A stretch of 64,000 bases of DNA from Balanoglossus misakiensis. Lineage: Eukaryota > Animalia > Hemichordata. The DNA lies in the NCBI GenBank assembly GCA_040954595.2, contig CM082598.2, positions 5,533,097 to 5,597,096 on the forward strand, given 5' to 3'. The translations under genes were made by a program, and so were the position numbers. The notes below the pieces were generated by a model. The model ran no database searches. It saw only the letters and a list, made by a program, of their open reading frames with translations, and was not told where the DNA came from. How positions within the stretch are numbered: the first letter of the stretch is position 1; every line of letters starts with the position of its first letter. Below are positions 11,532 to 23,406 of this stretch, one piece after another.

Positions 11532-12327
11532 TCATAAATATTAACGCCGCCTACGATATTGCCTCCATATTTGGTCACGGGTAGTATCAAAGTTCTGTCC
11601 AATCACGGATTCCATCCGGTCCGGCTCACAAAGTTGTCACCTAAAGTTTTATAACACATATGCAATCTGCGTGTTATCTCATTAGTGATGAGGATTTAGT
11701 GGTAAAAGTGGTATATAGTGGTTGTGGTGCTTGCAGTAGACTTTTACGGACTTGCTTCAAATCAAGGATAGGCCTAAAGCATTATCAACTCTTTCACTCT
11801 CGGCCGCTGGTCCAAGTTTACCATTGAAAGTACTATGGGTTGGGATGAAAGGGTTACAAATGCCAGAATTTAACAAATACCGTAAGCGTGGTTTACTGCA
11901 CGTGTCACCTTATACTTAACTAACAAATACAAAACACGCACATTTAAGGGCTTAGTCTTCATCGGCGGATAAGGATATAAATTTATTACATGTTATGGCG
12001 AGATGACATTTTTCGTTGTTTTTGCTATGGGTACATTTATGATTACGATGATATTACACTTGTGTTACACGATTTTTTTTTACATTTCTGGACGAGATTA
12101 CAACAATTTTGGTCCATGTTACAATTATGCAGATGAGTACATTCTCTTACTTTTCCCAGGCCCTTTTGCGACAAATTTTACAAATCTCATCCTACCAGTC
12201 ATCCCGTATTGTCCCCACTCCATGAAAAATATGGAGGCAGGTATTTGCTTTTTAACTTGCAAGGGTAACATTACAAAAATATTAAACGCAATTATTTTTA
12301 CTGTGACCGAAAAATAAGTTGCAGTCA

Positions 12328-12694
12328 TTAAAGGGACAAAGTCTCTCTCTCTCGCTGCCCCTCTTCCATTATTTAATACTTACTTTTGATACAAGACACC
12401 ATATATGTTAATGTATATGTGGATACATAGTGAATCAACGCTCAACCACACACAACTTCCATCCAACTTGTAGACACGAGAGTGAAAAAAACTCGCCAAA
12501 ATGAATAATAGGTCTCTACCGTTAATTCATTTCGGGCGAGTTTTTACTCTCATATCATACAAGCGGGATGGAAGTTTTGTGTGGTTGAATGTTGATTCAC
12601 TATATATCCACATGTAGAATAACATAAACGGTGTTTTGTATCAAACATAATTAATGGGAAATGGGGCAGCGAGAGAGAGACTTTGTCCCTTTAA
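12328..12694. mobile_element. MITE family A copy, ~125 bp downstream of the sulfotransferase stop codon
   Basis: Complete ttaaagggac...gtccctttaa termini. Confidence 0.85.
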
Positions 12695-12819
12695 ATGCTC
12701 TCGGAATAGTACACACTGCTCTAGAAAGTAACATGGGAAAATAAGAATCGCGTTACTTATGAATGGTATAACCCATGCAGTGAATTGTGGGTAAATTGAT
12801 GTGTGAAATACTGAAGAAA

Positions 12820-15159
12820 TCACTCGACGTCGACTTCCAAATAATCGGGAATTTTGTAGCCAAACAAAACAAAATCCATTTCATAGATACTGTAAAGTTG
12901 AACGATCTGTTGCTTGGTGAGCAGACTGAAATATTTTCTAATCCTGTCTGAACTGGAACTGTTCGTCGCCGTTGGATTGTTGTTTGGGAAGTCGAAGTTT
13001 GCACCGAGTATTTTCAGAACGTGCGGGGCATCTCGATCGATCGTCTCCAAGTGACCGATGATGTCATACTTGACGTCACACGGAGAACACAGATAATACA
13101 TCGGTCTGTAGTGATTATTCCACGTCTCTGGTTTTTCATCTGTCATGATTAAATACTGTACGAAGTCAGGGAAATTCATTTCTTTGGCTGTTGACCCTGT
13201 AACATTGTGAATCGTTTCTAACAACTCTACCACTTGGGACTCGGTGGGTCTGTTAACAAACTTGTTAAGGAACGCTGACAGGAGACGAGAAAAGGGATGT
13301 CGAACGAATACAAATTTGGTGTAGTTTCCCGGTGACGTCATATGTATCCAATCATCTCCTCTGTACTGACTTAACCTCTTGTAATATCGTTCAATTCGTG
13401 CCACCTCACTCCAAGGTATGTGTTCCTCGAGAGAATAGTTGCCAGTCATGTAGAGAAACACGCGCAGCCAGTTGGAACACCCGACCTTGGGCACTTGGCA
13501 GTACATGACCCTGTGTTTTCCGTCCACCAGTATTCGGCCAAGATTGGGTTCGCCTTTGAATCTGTCTCCAAGTTGTTCACACCCCTCTGACACTAAACGT
13601 CGTCTCTCCGCATACACCATTTCCCTCGTTTCGTTCTGTTGAAAATAGGGTTTTAGTCACGTTACCTTCACGAGAAGATATTATATGGAATTATTACACC
13701 TCACGTATTATACCATATTCGTGATTCCCTGAGCCTGCGGCTCGGGCATCATCAATATTATGGTCAGAGATCACCATCCCTCGTGCAGGCTTCAAATCGT
13801 GATATTGCCCTCGCTATCATGTGTTATTATTTAAATATATATCTGTTACTTGTAAGATTTTCAGTTAGCTTTATTGGCGCAATTTCTTAATCTACACTCC
13901 CACAAGTTGTAACCCATGATGTGAGGTGCAAACGTCCATTGTGTAAACTAAAAGTTCCGACTTCTCAACATAAATACGATGATTACGCGCAAAACTACAA
14001 TCAGTGATACCACTAAGCACAGAATGAACGAACGAACGAACGAACGAATGACCGAATGAGCAAAGGAATGAATGAAGCATGTATTGATGAACGGCCGGTG
14101 TCTCAGTATTTTGCATAATGACGTACATAATAAATCAGTCCTAAACGCTGAAATTTGATAGAACAATTTTCCCAAATTAAACAAACAATCAGATATATTT
14201 TCACCTTTGGAGTGTCTGTTACACTCACATCATTGATCGTAGTAGTCAGACTGTTGACACTCATTCCATCAGTTGCGGTGAGATTGTTTAGGTACTTCAT
14301 CGTGGAACGACTTTGAGCAGTAACCATGGCAATACGTTCAGACCTCAGAGCAGAAGCATCCCCTGGGAAGAAGAAAAGAAAACATACACATAACCAATAA
14401 ATGTCATTTGCGAAAAAAAGTGACAAAACAAGACGTAATACCAGTCACATGATATGAACCTCATTATGAACCTGGCCTGGTTATCATATCACCTGGAATA
14501 TCTCAAGCCTGATTTGCTACAAGGCTCTTCACATGTTGCAGACTGGTGCGCCCTCAAACGTTTATAGGAGACGCACCATAGGCCAAACTACACTCGGCCA
14601 TTGAGGGCACACATTCAATCAGACGATACTGTATTCAAAATGACTTTTAAAAACCGAACTTGATTTAATTCATAAAACTAAATCACTTTAGTCATTTTCA
14701 ATACATTCCTAAACCTAACCCTAATGCTAATCAACGCCAACAGAGAATGGTACAATCAAAGGTGCGCTCGTCTGGCATATAAGTTCAAATGATCGCAATG
14801 GGGCAACTATGCATAAGGGACTGTTCAGAATTTACTTCCAGGGTGGGGCCGGAGGATTTATTTTCCTGGTGATCTGTGGTCCCCCCTTAAATTTCCTGGG
14901 TTTTTTCCATGGTCCCTCCTAAATGATTGTGATTTTTATGTCTGCCCCCCCCCTATTTTTTCTTGGAGAAAATTGGTGGCTCCCTGCAAATCCGCCGCCC
15001 CCTGGAAGTAAATTCTGAACAGTCCCTAACATATATAAACCGAGATGGAGACTACTTACGCGTATACTGAAATATGAACACCGCCACGTAGAGTAACACC
15101 ACACATTTCGCGAAGAAGAGTATTTTCAGAACGACGGAGTTTCTCATATTTTTAAGCAT
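12820..15159 (-). CDS. Carbohydrate sulfotransferase, HNK-1ST/CHST8-14 (Sulfotransfer_2) family, CHST11-like, ~357 aa; exons 15159-15060, 14362-14205, 13635-12820
   Basis: 5'-PSB motif YCQVPKVGCSNW and 3'-PB motif FVFVRHPFSRLLSAF; HYRP..LCSPC.VKYD.IGHLET and YEMDF.LFGY conserved; exon 1 gives a type II anchor (ILFFAKCVVLLYVAVFIF), exon 2 a Ser/Thr-rich stem; splice phases 1 and 0 are consistent. Confidence 0.9.
14817..15026. mobile_element. Tourist/PIF-Harbinger-like MITE in a sulfotransferase intron
   Basis: TIR gggactgttcagaatttacttccaggg/ccctggaagtaaattctgaacagtccc flanked by TAA on both sides. Confidence 0.8.
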
Positions 15160-16455
15160 GATTGACAACTTCAACTGTTAGGACAATACATCTGATGTGA
15201 CTGGAAATAAGTAAAAGGAAAAATGAAAGGAAATGTAAATTAGTAAAAGTATTAAAACCTCGGTAACTATATTTGTTCGGACCCTGAGAGGAATAGACAT
15301 CAGTATAGATCTTTGCGGTTTGTTATGATTATTTTAGTCGTAGTTCACCGTTGTTAGCTGAAATACTATTACAAAAACTGCAATGCTAATTCCCCCCTTT
15401 TACAATGGCATATTCCATTTGCGTGACAGTTCCTATGTGAAAAGACGACTGGGACCGCCACTTCAGTAACTCGATGGGGGTGTTCACCGTTGTGACCTGT
15501 CCTTATTGTAGTGAAAAATGTCCGATCAACTCCTGACACCAATCTTCTTTTACAGAATTCGTCATGGGCTGAATTATCACCTCGCCCCTCGACGCCAAGC
15601 CCTCATTGTCGTGCGCGAATATTGCAACTGGTCAAATATTTCCGAACTTTTGAAGGCGTGAACTCGCTGCTTTACTGATGAACTCAACGTTAACTGACCG
15701 CCCAGCTTTCAAGGTACAATTTTATAGTAAGCGACAACGTTGGTAGCACGTAGCATACTGGCTATCTCAGGTATAGAGTAGCGCAACTTAGCAGAAAAGA
15801 ATTTCCCACTACACGTCACTTTCGCAAGTTTGGTTTTCCAGACGTACAGTGGAAGAAAACGTAAATCCGTAGGCGAGAATTCAGCTGAAGTGATTCCATG
15901 GTGGTTGAAAAAAAAACTTGAGGAAATGAACACAGGCTGTTTATAACAAATTCGTGTACATGGAGTTATTGACGATACAGCCAAATAAGAAAATTGTTCA
16001 GAAAAATGGCGGCACATGAAATGCACGAGAGACTACACCTGCCGTACCTGGTTTCCTAAACTTCTCGCGGAACCGGTTCCATCCAGATCGAGATGTTCCA
16101 GCACAGACGATAAACACCAGCTAGCTTACCCCAAAAACTTCGAATTCGCTACTATTTTATGCTCAGACAACACACAGTTCAGAGAAGGCAGGACATTTAG
16201 CCAGTCCAATTCTGTCGTCGTATAGATATTATTCCACCGAGTCGTGCACCCGGACAAAACCCGTAGATACTCCTTGTCACATGATGGCGGCGGCGTGCGT
16301 GTCTCGTATGCTAATCTCAAAAAATCGATCATTGTCAGTAACACACACATCACCTGCACCTGTGCTGTGTTCCGAAGATGCAAACGAAGAGGCAGTGGAA
16401 ACGTGGAAAGGAGAATGCATCACTGAACACTATGAATAATGTTGCGTTGAAAAAA

Positions 16456-16800
16456 TTAAAGCCTCTAGAGCTGCAAATTTTCACATATTTTTTCCACAAT
16501 AAAATACTTCAAATATATTCCCTATCCTATAAAATGTTCACCATTATGCCATATTCCTTGCATTTGCAGTTTGTCATCTCTTGGCGATGCATACCACGAT
16601 AGCTGCGCACTTTGTAAGGAGGCTGACTAAATCAGTGCGGCACCTGTTTAATACATAGTGTGTTCAAATTGCAACATGCAGTCACAATCGGGCATCGATA
16701 AGGTGTTCATGTATACCTGAGTAAGCTTATTTAGATGGACCAATAAAGTTGGAAAATAAAATCATGAAAATAATGCAAAAAGTGGCAGCTCTAGAGGCTA
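16456..16800. mobile_element. MITE family D (ttaaagcctctagagctgc...gcagctctagaggc); copies 36160-36516 (inverted), 48696-49055, 60391-60751
   Basis: Shared TIRs and interior (gtcatctcttggcgacgcataccacgatagctg). Confidence 0.8.
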
Positions 16801-17399
16801 TATGTTTAAAATAAATCCGGGGGAAGGTGCTCGATTGAAACTGTTGCTGCGTCAGAAAGCATGAGTAATTGTTTAATTTCATGTTGAGAAGACGACATAT
16901 AAGCCTTAATAGATATATGCATAGCTTATGTATTTTGCATTATACAAAATACATATGTACGTAGGCTACACACTGTATGAAACATTTACTAAGCCAAAAT
17001 GAAATAAATAAACCAGCTCCGTTGGTTATTCTCTCACAAGAAGGAAAAAAATAAAGTACCGACGATCTCTCTGAACTTAAAACATAATAAGTGACTTGGT
17101 GGTTTTCCGACATGATTGGTTGGCGTATTGTTTAAGCGGGCCTGGGAGTAATCTGTTTTGGAAATGATAAGTAAGAGAGCTAGGGTCAGTGCTTTGTGCT
17201 AGCCTTCTAGGAGATTCTGCATTTCTTCATTTTGGCCATCCCATATAATATTGTATTAGGCCTATTTCTTCAAGCAGTCATTCTCTAAGTAACCTGGTCA
17301 CCATACCCAGTGTGTTTCAGATAGACTCACACACAAGGTGCTAAAACACACAGGCGCTTGTATAGATGCTATTTCAGTATTTTTACTAATAGTAAAGTG

Positions 17400-18560
17400 G
17401 CTAAAAACGATAGCTTAGACGATCTCCCGATTTTGCGTGAAGCGAAGATAGACGCAGATAAACGCCGACCGCCATTTTGAAAAGTGTTAGTTTTTTGACA
17501 CTTTCCCGGAAGTGGCTAATGCGCATACCAGCCAACATTTGTGTCAGTAGTTGTATTGATTTCAGCTTCACTTCCATCATAAACTGTTGTTTTTTTAAAA
17601 ATATGTATATTCGGGAAGAGTAAAAATGAATGTCAAGAAACGCGACAGATTGAATGTAGCCCGGAAGTTATAGAACGTTCATTTATTAGCCAATCAGATT
17701 CCAAAATTCTAAATATGGCGGTTTGTGTTTACCTGCCTCTTTGGTGTTTGTCACCGAGGCAGGGTACCAGCCAAGCCTCTCAAGAGGGCGCCCTCAATGA
17801 CCTTTGGCTTTTCAGAGACGCGGTCAAGAGGTCTCTCCAAATCCGTTTCGTTCAACCAATGAGAGCGCTGAAGTGGCGTTCGATTTAGGGGAAGGTAACT
17901 GATTCGTCAATGGCGTTCCACCGGAAGTATCACCATGGTTGCCTACTTACTTCACGATTTCATTTTTATAGATCGATCGCCAAAAATTGAGATAATCGGA
18001 ATTATTTTACACGTAATCATAATTTACGAGTACAAGTGTCGTTTGTTGTTCTGAACGTCTGTTCTACACGTATGCCACGTCACGTGAGAAGGACGTTACG
18101 CGTACTGATCGAACGTGCACGCGATCCATGCACGCGATGGAACTTCTGTCTGGCATATTAGCCAATCATATGAAGCAACATCTTGCATGGTACTAGCCAA
18201 TCACAGCACGAGCTCAAACGGATTTGGAGAGACGTCTTGCACCGCGTCTCTGAAAAGCCAAAGGTCATTGACGGCGCCCTCTGGAAAGGCAACCATAGAG
18301 CATGTAGAGTTGGCTGGTACCCTGCCTTCGTGACGCGTCTTTTTGCCAAGTCACGTGAGACGCAGTGTTCAGCGAACATGTAGAGTCTACCCAGCAAGCA
18401 GCGTAGAACGTCGCGCGCGAGACAGGCAGCTCGACACTAGCATCACCTGATGCGCGAGGTGAAGGCGCGTTCGATATGCGGTGTCTGAAAACTAGAAAGT
18501 CCGATAGCGGCCAATTTATTCTTTATCGTTCATGAAGAACGTTCAGAAAAAGTGTATAAT
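17400..18560. promoter_or_regulatory. CpG-rich promoter-like region between the divergent sulfotransferase and NLR-like genes
   Basis: High CpG density, several CCAAT boxes (agccaatca), ETS-like CCGGAAGT x3 (~17506, 17661, 17921), YY1-like ATGGCG/GCCATTTT, CACGTG boxes; target gene not established. Confidence 0.4.
17751..18333. mobile_element. Inverted-repeat element with ~95-bp imperfect TIRs
   Basis: aggcagggtaccagccaa...caatgacctttggcttttcagagacgcggt..ctctccaaatccgttt is mirrored at ~18215-18333; no clear TSD. Confidence 0.6.
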
Positions 18561-18561
18561 A

Positions 18562-18633
18562 ATAAGGTTATTCACAAAATACCGGGATTTATGTCCTCGT
18601 ACATAAATCCCGGTATTTTGTGAATAACCTTAT
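18562..18633. repeat. Perfect 33-bp hairpin with a 6-nt loop
   Basis: ataaggttattcacaaaataccgggatttatgt-cctcgt-acataaatcccggtattttgtgaataaccttat. Confidence 0.95.
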
Positions 18634-20892
18634 ATTAACATTTACATATTTACAAGTTAAATGGATGTTCTGACTAAGATAAAACTCTACGAATGTAGTA
18701 AATTGTATTGAATGCCAAAGTTACAGACTTTTTTCTATTTGGAAAAAAACAACTACTTGAAATTTCTCATTTCCTTTTATGGTTGGGTCCCTTTACCAGT
18801 TAGCAAGAAGTCTGGACACAGTGTAAACAAACAAGATGGTAAAGGTTAAGCCAACCAATCAGGGGTAGTTAAACTTATGAGCTACTGTAAAACACTTTAT
18901 TTTCGCGAGCAATAAATTTTCGTGAAATACGCGAGAGCCAAAATAGCGTGAAAATAAAAAGTTGCATGCTGGATATCTTCATAAACACCTGATGGAAATA
19001 ATGAAATTGTTTACAACAAAATTAATAATGTAACAAACTACTGCAATTTTATTTGCTAAATTTGCATTTCATTTGCAAGTTTGCCACATGTAGTAGGAGT
19101 GACGATAATTAGCAAATGTCATGGGAATGCCATTATTTCAAGGAATCCAGATTGCCCATGCGTAAATCACGACTTGTTTTGAGGTCCTCGAAAAAGTATC
19201 GTATTCACCACTATTAAGGCTGGTTTTGCAATAAAATTGTATGTGAAGATTGTAGTGTCTCAGGTCTTATTCATTAAATATATCCAGTCATGGAATGGAA
19301 CGATCTTTGCCAACAGCAGACTTTCACTTGGTTGGCCATGACAGAAAATGAACACCAGCAAATAGTGACAAAAAGAGTTTAAAACTGAGACATGACCTGT
19401 TAACAATATTTATCTGCCTATATATATAGAAGAGGTGTGGTGGTGACCCAACTAAGTACCTCACACCATATTCAGGGGTGGTCATTATAATATGATTTAG
19501 CTTTATAAAGATAAACAATATTGTTATTTCAAATCCGTTGTCAGTTCAAGGGCCTTGTTGCTCACTGTTCAAGAACATTTCTAAAGCCGTGCGATTGCAT
19601 GCCTCCGCCAGTAGAATTCATAAAGTGTGTTCTATTCAGGCATGTTCTCTTGTATGTGTTCTATTTCTATGTCTTCTTGTTGAGGATGTAAACCCCAGCT
19701 CCATCCAATCAGCAAGCTGGATTCACACCAAGCATATTATAATGCACAATCAATCAAAGTCAGACACAAAATAAAGTTAACATATCTCAGACATACAGCT
19801 TATCAGTGTTGTTTTTAGAATGTTTGTTTCTTTTGACTTATACAATAGACTCTTAACAGCTCTCGGGCATCAGACTGCTGCCAATGTTGGCATTTATTCA
19901 TACAAAATCTTCCAAGCAGGGTTCCTTTGTATCCTGTGTTTTATGTCAGAAGGAACTCGAGCTTTATTGGTTGCTTCCAGTTTCCAACTGTTTTGATTGG
20001 AATTGTTATGGGGTAGCTAAATAAATAACATATGTTCTGCCAGTATTTAATGTATAAGATATGGTATGAAACAGACTAAAATAGACCAAACAATAAAATT
20101 TGATTGTGGCCACTTTCACCAATTAAATCTCATTGAGAGAATACAGTGGAACGGACAATTTTTCGTGAACAATAATTTTTTGCGAACTCCCTGAAAGCCC
20201 CCCCCCCCACCAAAAAAAACAAAAAAAAACATGCAAAAATAAAAAGTCGCATAAAAATGTTTTGCGGAGATAATGTAATGAAATACAAAAACGCAAAAAT
20301 TAATCATCACTAACAGTTGCCTCTATCGCGCAATTTTCCTGTCATGAAAATTTCCTGTTTTACAGTAGTTTCACAAGATCATAAAAATGAGGGGAAAATG
20401 TGTGTAGAGATGATTGTTCGGTTCCCAAAGTCTTTATAGTTCTCCAATAGGTGCAACACAAAAATGCGGTCCACAGGTGACTGCCAGGGATTGGTTTTTA
20501 TGACAGGTAGCTAAAGCAAGAATTTTTATGATCTTGTTTTTCAACACTTAGTAGAGAAAATTTATGGTCTTGTTTTTCTTAACTTTAGAGATATTTTGCC
20601 CTTCCAATTTGGGAAGTACCAGTAGAATGATGTATAGAACTATTTTAATACATGAAAGCTGAACGATTTTCTGCGCATTAACATTTTTAACGAAATCTGC
20701 GCAGGCCACTCTGCCGAAAGTTCCGGTATATGGTGCAATGATGTCACCAATCCAGGTACCTCACAGCCTTTAAAGGTGGTGGTTGTGTGTGACGCAGTTT
20801 ATTCAGAGACTGCAGTGTGGATCGAGTACAGCTTCTCTACTTGTCCTGGTAGTTTGAAATGACATGAATGAAGTAGAAAAACTGAGTGAATC

Positions 20893-21229
20893 ATGTCTAT
20901 TATGACAGGAATTAATCCTCTACGACGTCTTTACAACAAACTGTGTTCAGAACTATCAGATGATGAAGAGATCACATTGAGAGACTTGTTGCATGGTGAT
21001 CAACTTACAATCCGAGAACTTCAGGAAGCAAAGAATGCTACTGCCATTTTCATCAAGTTAGAGGAGAAGGGTTTTATATCGAAAGACAATCTGGGATTTC
21101 TTAAAGATCTCCTGAGAGAAATTGGACGAGAACCCCTGGTCAAGGAAGTTGAAGAAGCTGAGGCAAAGCTGAAAGGAAATGTACAATCCCCACAAGGTAT
21201 CTGCTCGCAGCATGATGAACAGAGTTCAG
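20893..21229 (+). CDS. NLR-like gene, first coding exon: death effector domain (DED)
   Basis: LRRLYNKLCSELSDDE..TLRDLL...LTIRELQEAKNATAIFIKLEEKGFISKDNLGFLKDLLREIGREPLVKEV fits the DED pattern; phase-1 donor CAG|gtaggt (alternative phase-1 donor after 21196). Confidence 0.8.
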
Positions 21230-22046
21230 GTAGGTGACTTTGGTACATAGGAATTGTACATGGCAAAGTATTTTAAATGAAGTTTAACATGCAATTGAAA
21301 TACACCGTACAATCATGTGTGCTCATGGAACCAGGCAGGAACTAAATTTGTCAGATTCAGGGTGTTATTTAATTTTCTCAAGTAATACAAAACAATATGG
21401 ATTGATTTGCACTATGTTTCAGGAAATTATGGAGCACTTGTTTATTTTTGAGTTTCATTTAAGATAACTAGTAACTTGAGCTTACAAACCTTTCATTTTG
21501 ATCGCAAATTGTCTACTTCAGAAGTCTGAAGAGCGTTCTTGGAAAAGCTTACTGTATTAAAAACACTTTATTTTCGCAAGTTAAAATTGTCGCGATATAG
21601 AGAAAAGTCCACTGTTTCACGAGTATTAATTTTCACGTTCTCTTATTTCATTCACTGCATCGTTCTCTTCAAAAACAATTTATGCAACTTGTTATTTTCA
21701 CGTTATTTTAACTGTCACGTATTTCGCGAACATTTATAAATAAAGTGTTTTACAGTATTTAATTTTTTTTACCATGGACGCAAGTGTTCCTGTAAATTAT
21801 GTAAGAGAAATCAACATTCCTAAAACTGAAATATCAAAGCTTAGTTTTTCGTCAGTACCTCCCTCCACAGACCTGCGCATAGTAATTCTTTTGTTAATTG
21901 TTAAACTTTAACCAATGCATGCATTGCTATGTAATGGACAATCTTGTCTATACATGATTGAGTACCAGTCAGTGCAAATCAGGTGATGTTTTGAGTAAGA
22001 AGATAAATTACATTGCTTAATCAAACTGTCAAGATCGCTGTATTTA

Positions 22047-22269
22047 TAGAGAGAAGGGGAGGGAGAGAGGTAGAGAGAGGGGGGAGCGAGAGAGAGAGGG
22101 AGGGAGGGAGAGAGAGGCGGAGAGAGAGAGAGGGGGAGAGAGAGAGGTAGAGAGAGGGGGGAGCGAGAGAGAGAGGGAGGGAGAGAGAGAGGCGGAGAGA
22201 GAGAGGGGGGGGGGAGAGAGGGGGGGAGAGGGAGAGAGAAGAAGAAGAAGAGAGAGAGGTAGAGAGAGT
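22047..22269. repeat. Polypurine (GA/GGA) low-complexity tract in NLR intron 1
   Basis: Almost pure A/G run with internal repeats. Confidence 0.95.
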
Positions 22270-22558
22270 GATGAATTATGATGACAGATCCTGATGACAT
22301 CTATCATCATTCTCCACATCTTTATCTGATAGTGTTGCAGCAGATTTCAATTGGGAGGTTTACAATTATTAAAGATGTGATCAAAATTAACTAACAAAAA
22401 GAAAATGTGATTCTGGATGATCTGAAACATTATAAGCAATGCTAAAATAGCGTGATCAATATCACAGTTTTCCTATTTACATTGGCTTAAGGTGTTTTGA
22501 CCCAGTGCCATCTGCATGATGTATATCAAAATGAAAAACAATATTTGATTATTAACAG

Positions 22559-22633
22559 GTTCAAGTACAAGGCACGAATGCCAAGACCAGCCACCTCCAT
22601 CAAAACGACAGAAGTTGGATGTCAATGTCAATG
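22559..22633 (+). CDS. NLR-like gene, 75-nt exon 2 (GSSTRHECQDQPPPSKRQKLDVNVN), NLS-like
   Basis: aacag| acceptor and |gtgagt donor; symmetric phase 1-1; open frame joining the DED and NACHT exons. Confidence 0.7.
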
Positions 22634-23406
22634 GTGAGTAGTAGCTGTCTGTCTTGTTAGTTTGATTCAACATTAAAGCCTCATGAGCTGCACCTTTTTG
22701 CATTATTTTCATATTTTCACTTTCAAACTATCCATTTAAATAACCTTACAAATGTGTATACACAAGTGTATTAGTAACTTGTGATAATAATTGTTTTAAA
22801 AGTGAGAACCCATCTATTCAGCCTCTCTTGTAAGAGTATACAAGTATCCTGGTGATAACTATACAGTGTGCACGTACGTGTATACCTATTAAAGTCTTCA
22901 TAAATTCATAATGGCCTCTAAGGTAAGGATAGGGAGTTTTATGTATATTATTAAAATATACTAAAAGTAGCAGCTCATGGGGCTTATTTGCTGATTCTGT
23001 TTTTAATCAAAAAAGTATTCATGGGTTAATAGCTGTAACTTTTGATATTCATATTTTAAGTATTTTTTTTCTTGGTATCAATTGCAGCTTCTTATTTTAC
23101 CTTCTACAACATGTAGTTTTAGTCTGAACAAAAATTCAAATATGATTGCGCAATAATACTTTGTTTACAAATATACCGGTACATACCGGTACATGTATTT
23201 TGTTGACCAGGTGAATATCGGTACTTGGTACATTTTAACATGCTTTTGTTTTTTTTGCAAAGAACATAAATAATGAAAATATTATCAAAAATACAGCTAC
23301 TCTATCTCCAATGTTGATTGTGTACAGTTGTGCTTATTTGCAAAATTTAACACTACACTGGCATGATCGATTTACAGAGTTTCATAATTTACTTTTAATA
23401 TTGTAG

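Noticed and set aside
21908-22319. Ser/Leu/Pro-rich ORFs on the minus strand
   Set aside because: Translation of the GA-rich low-complexity tract
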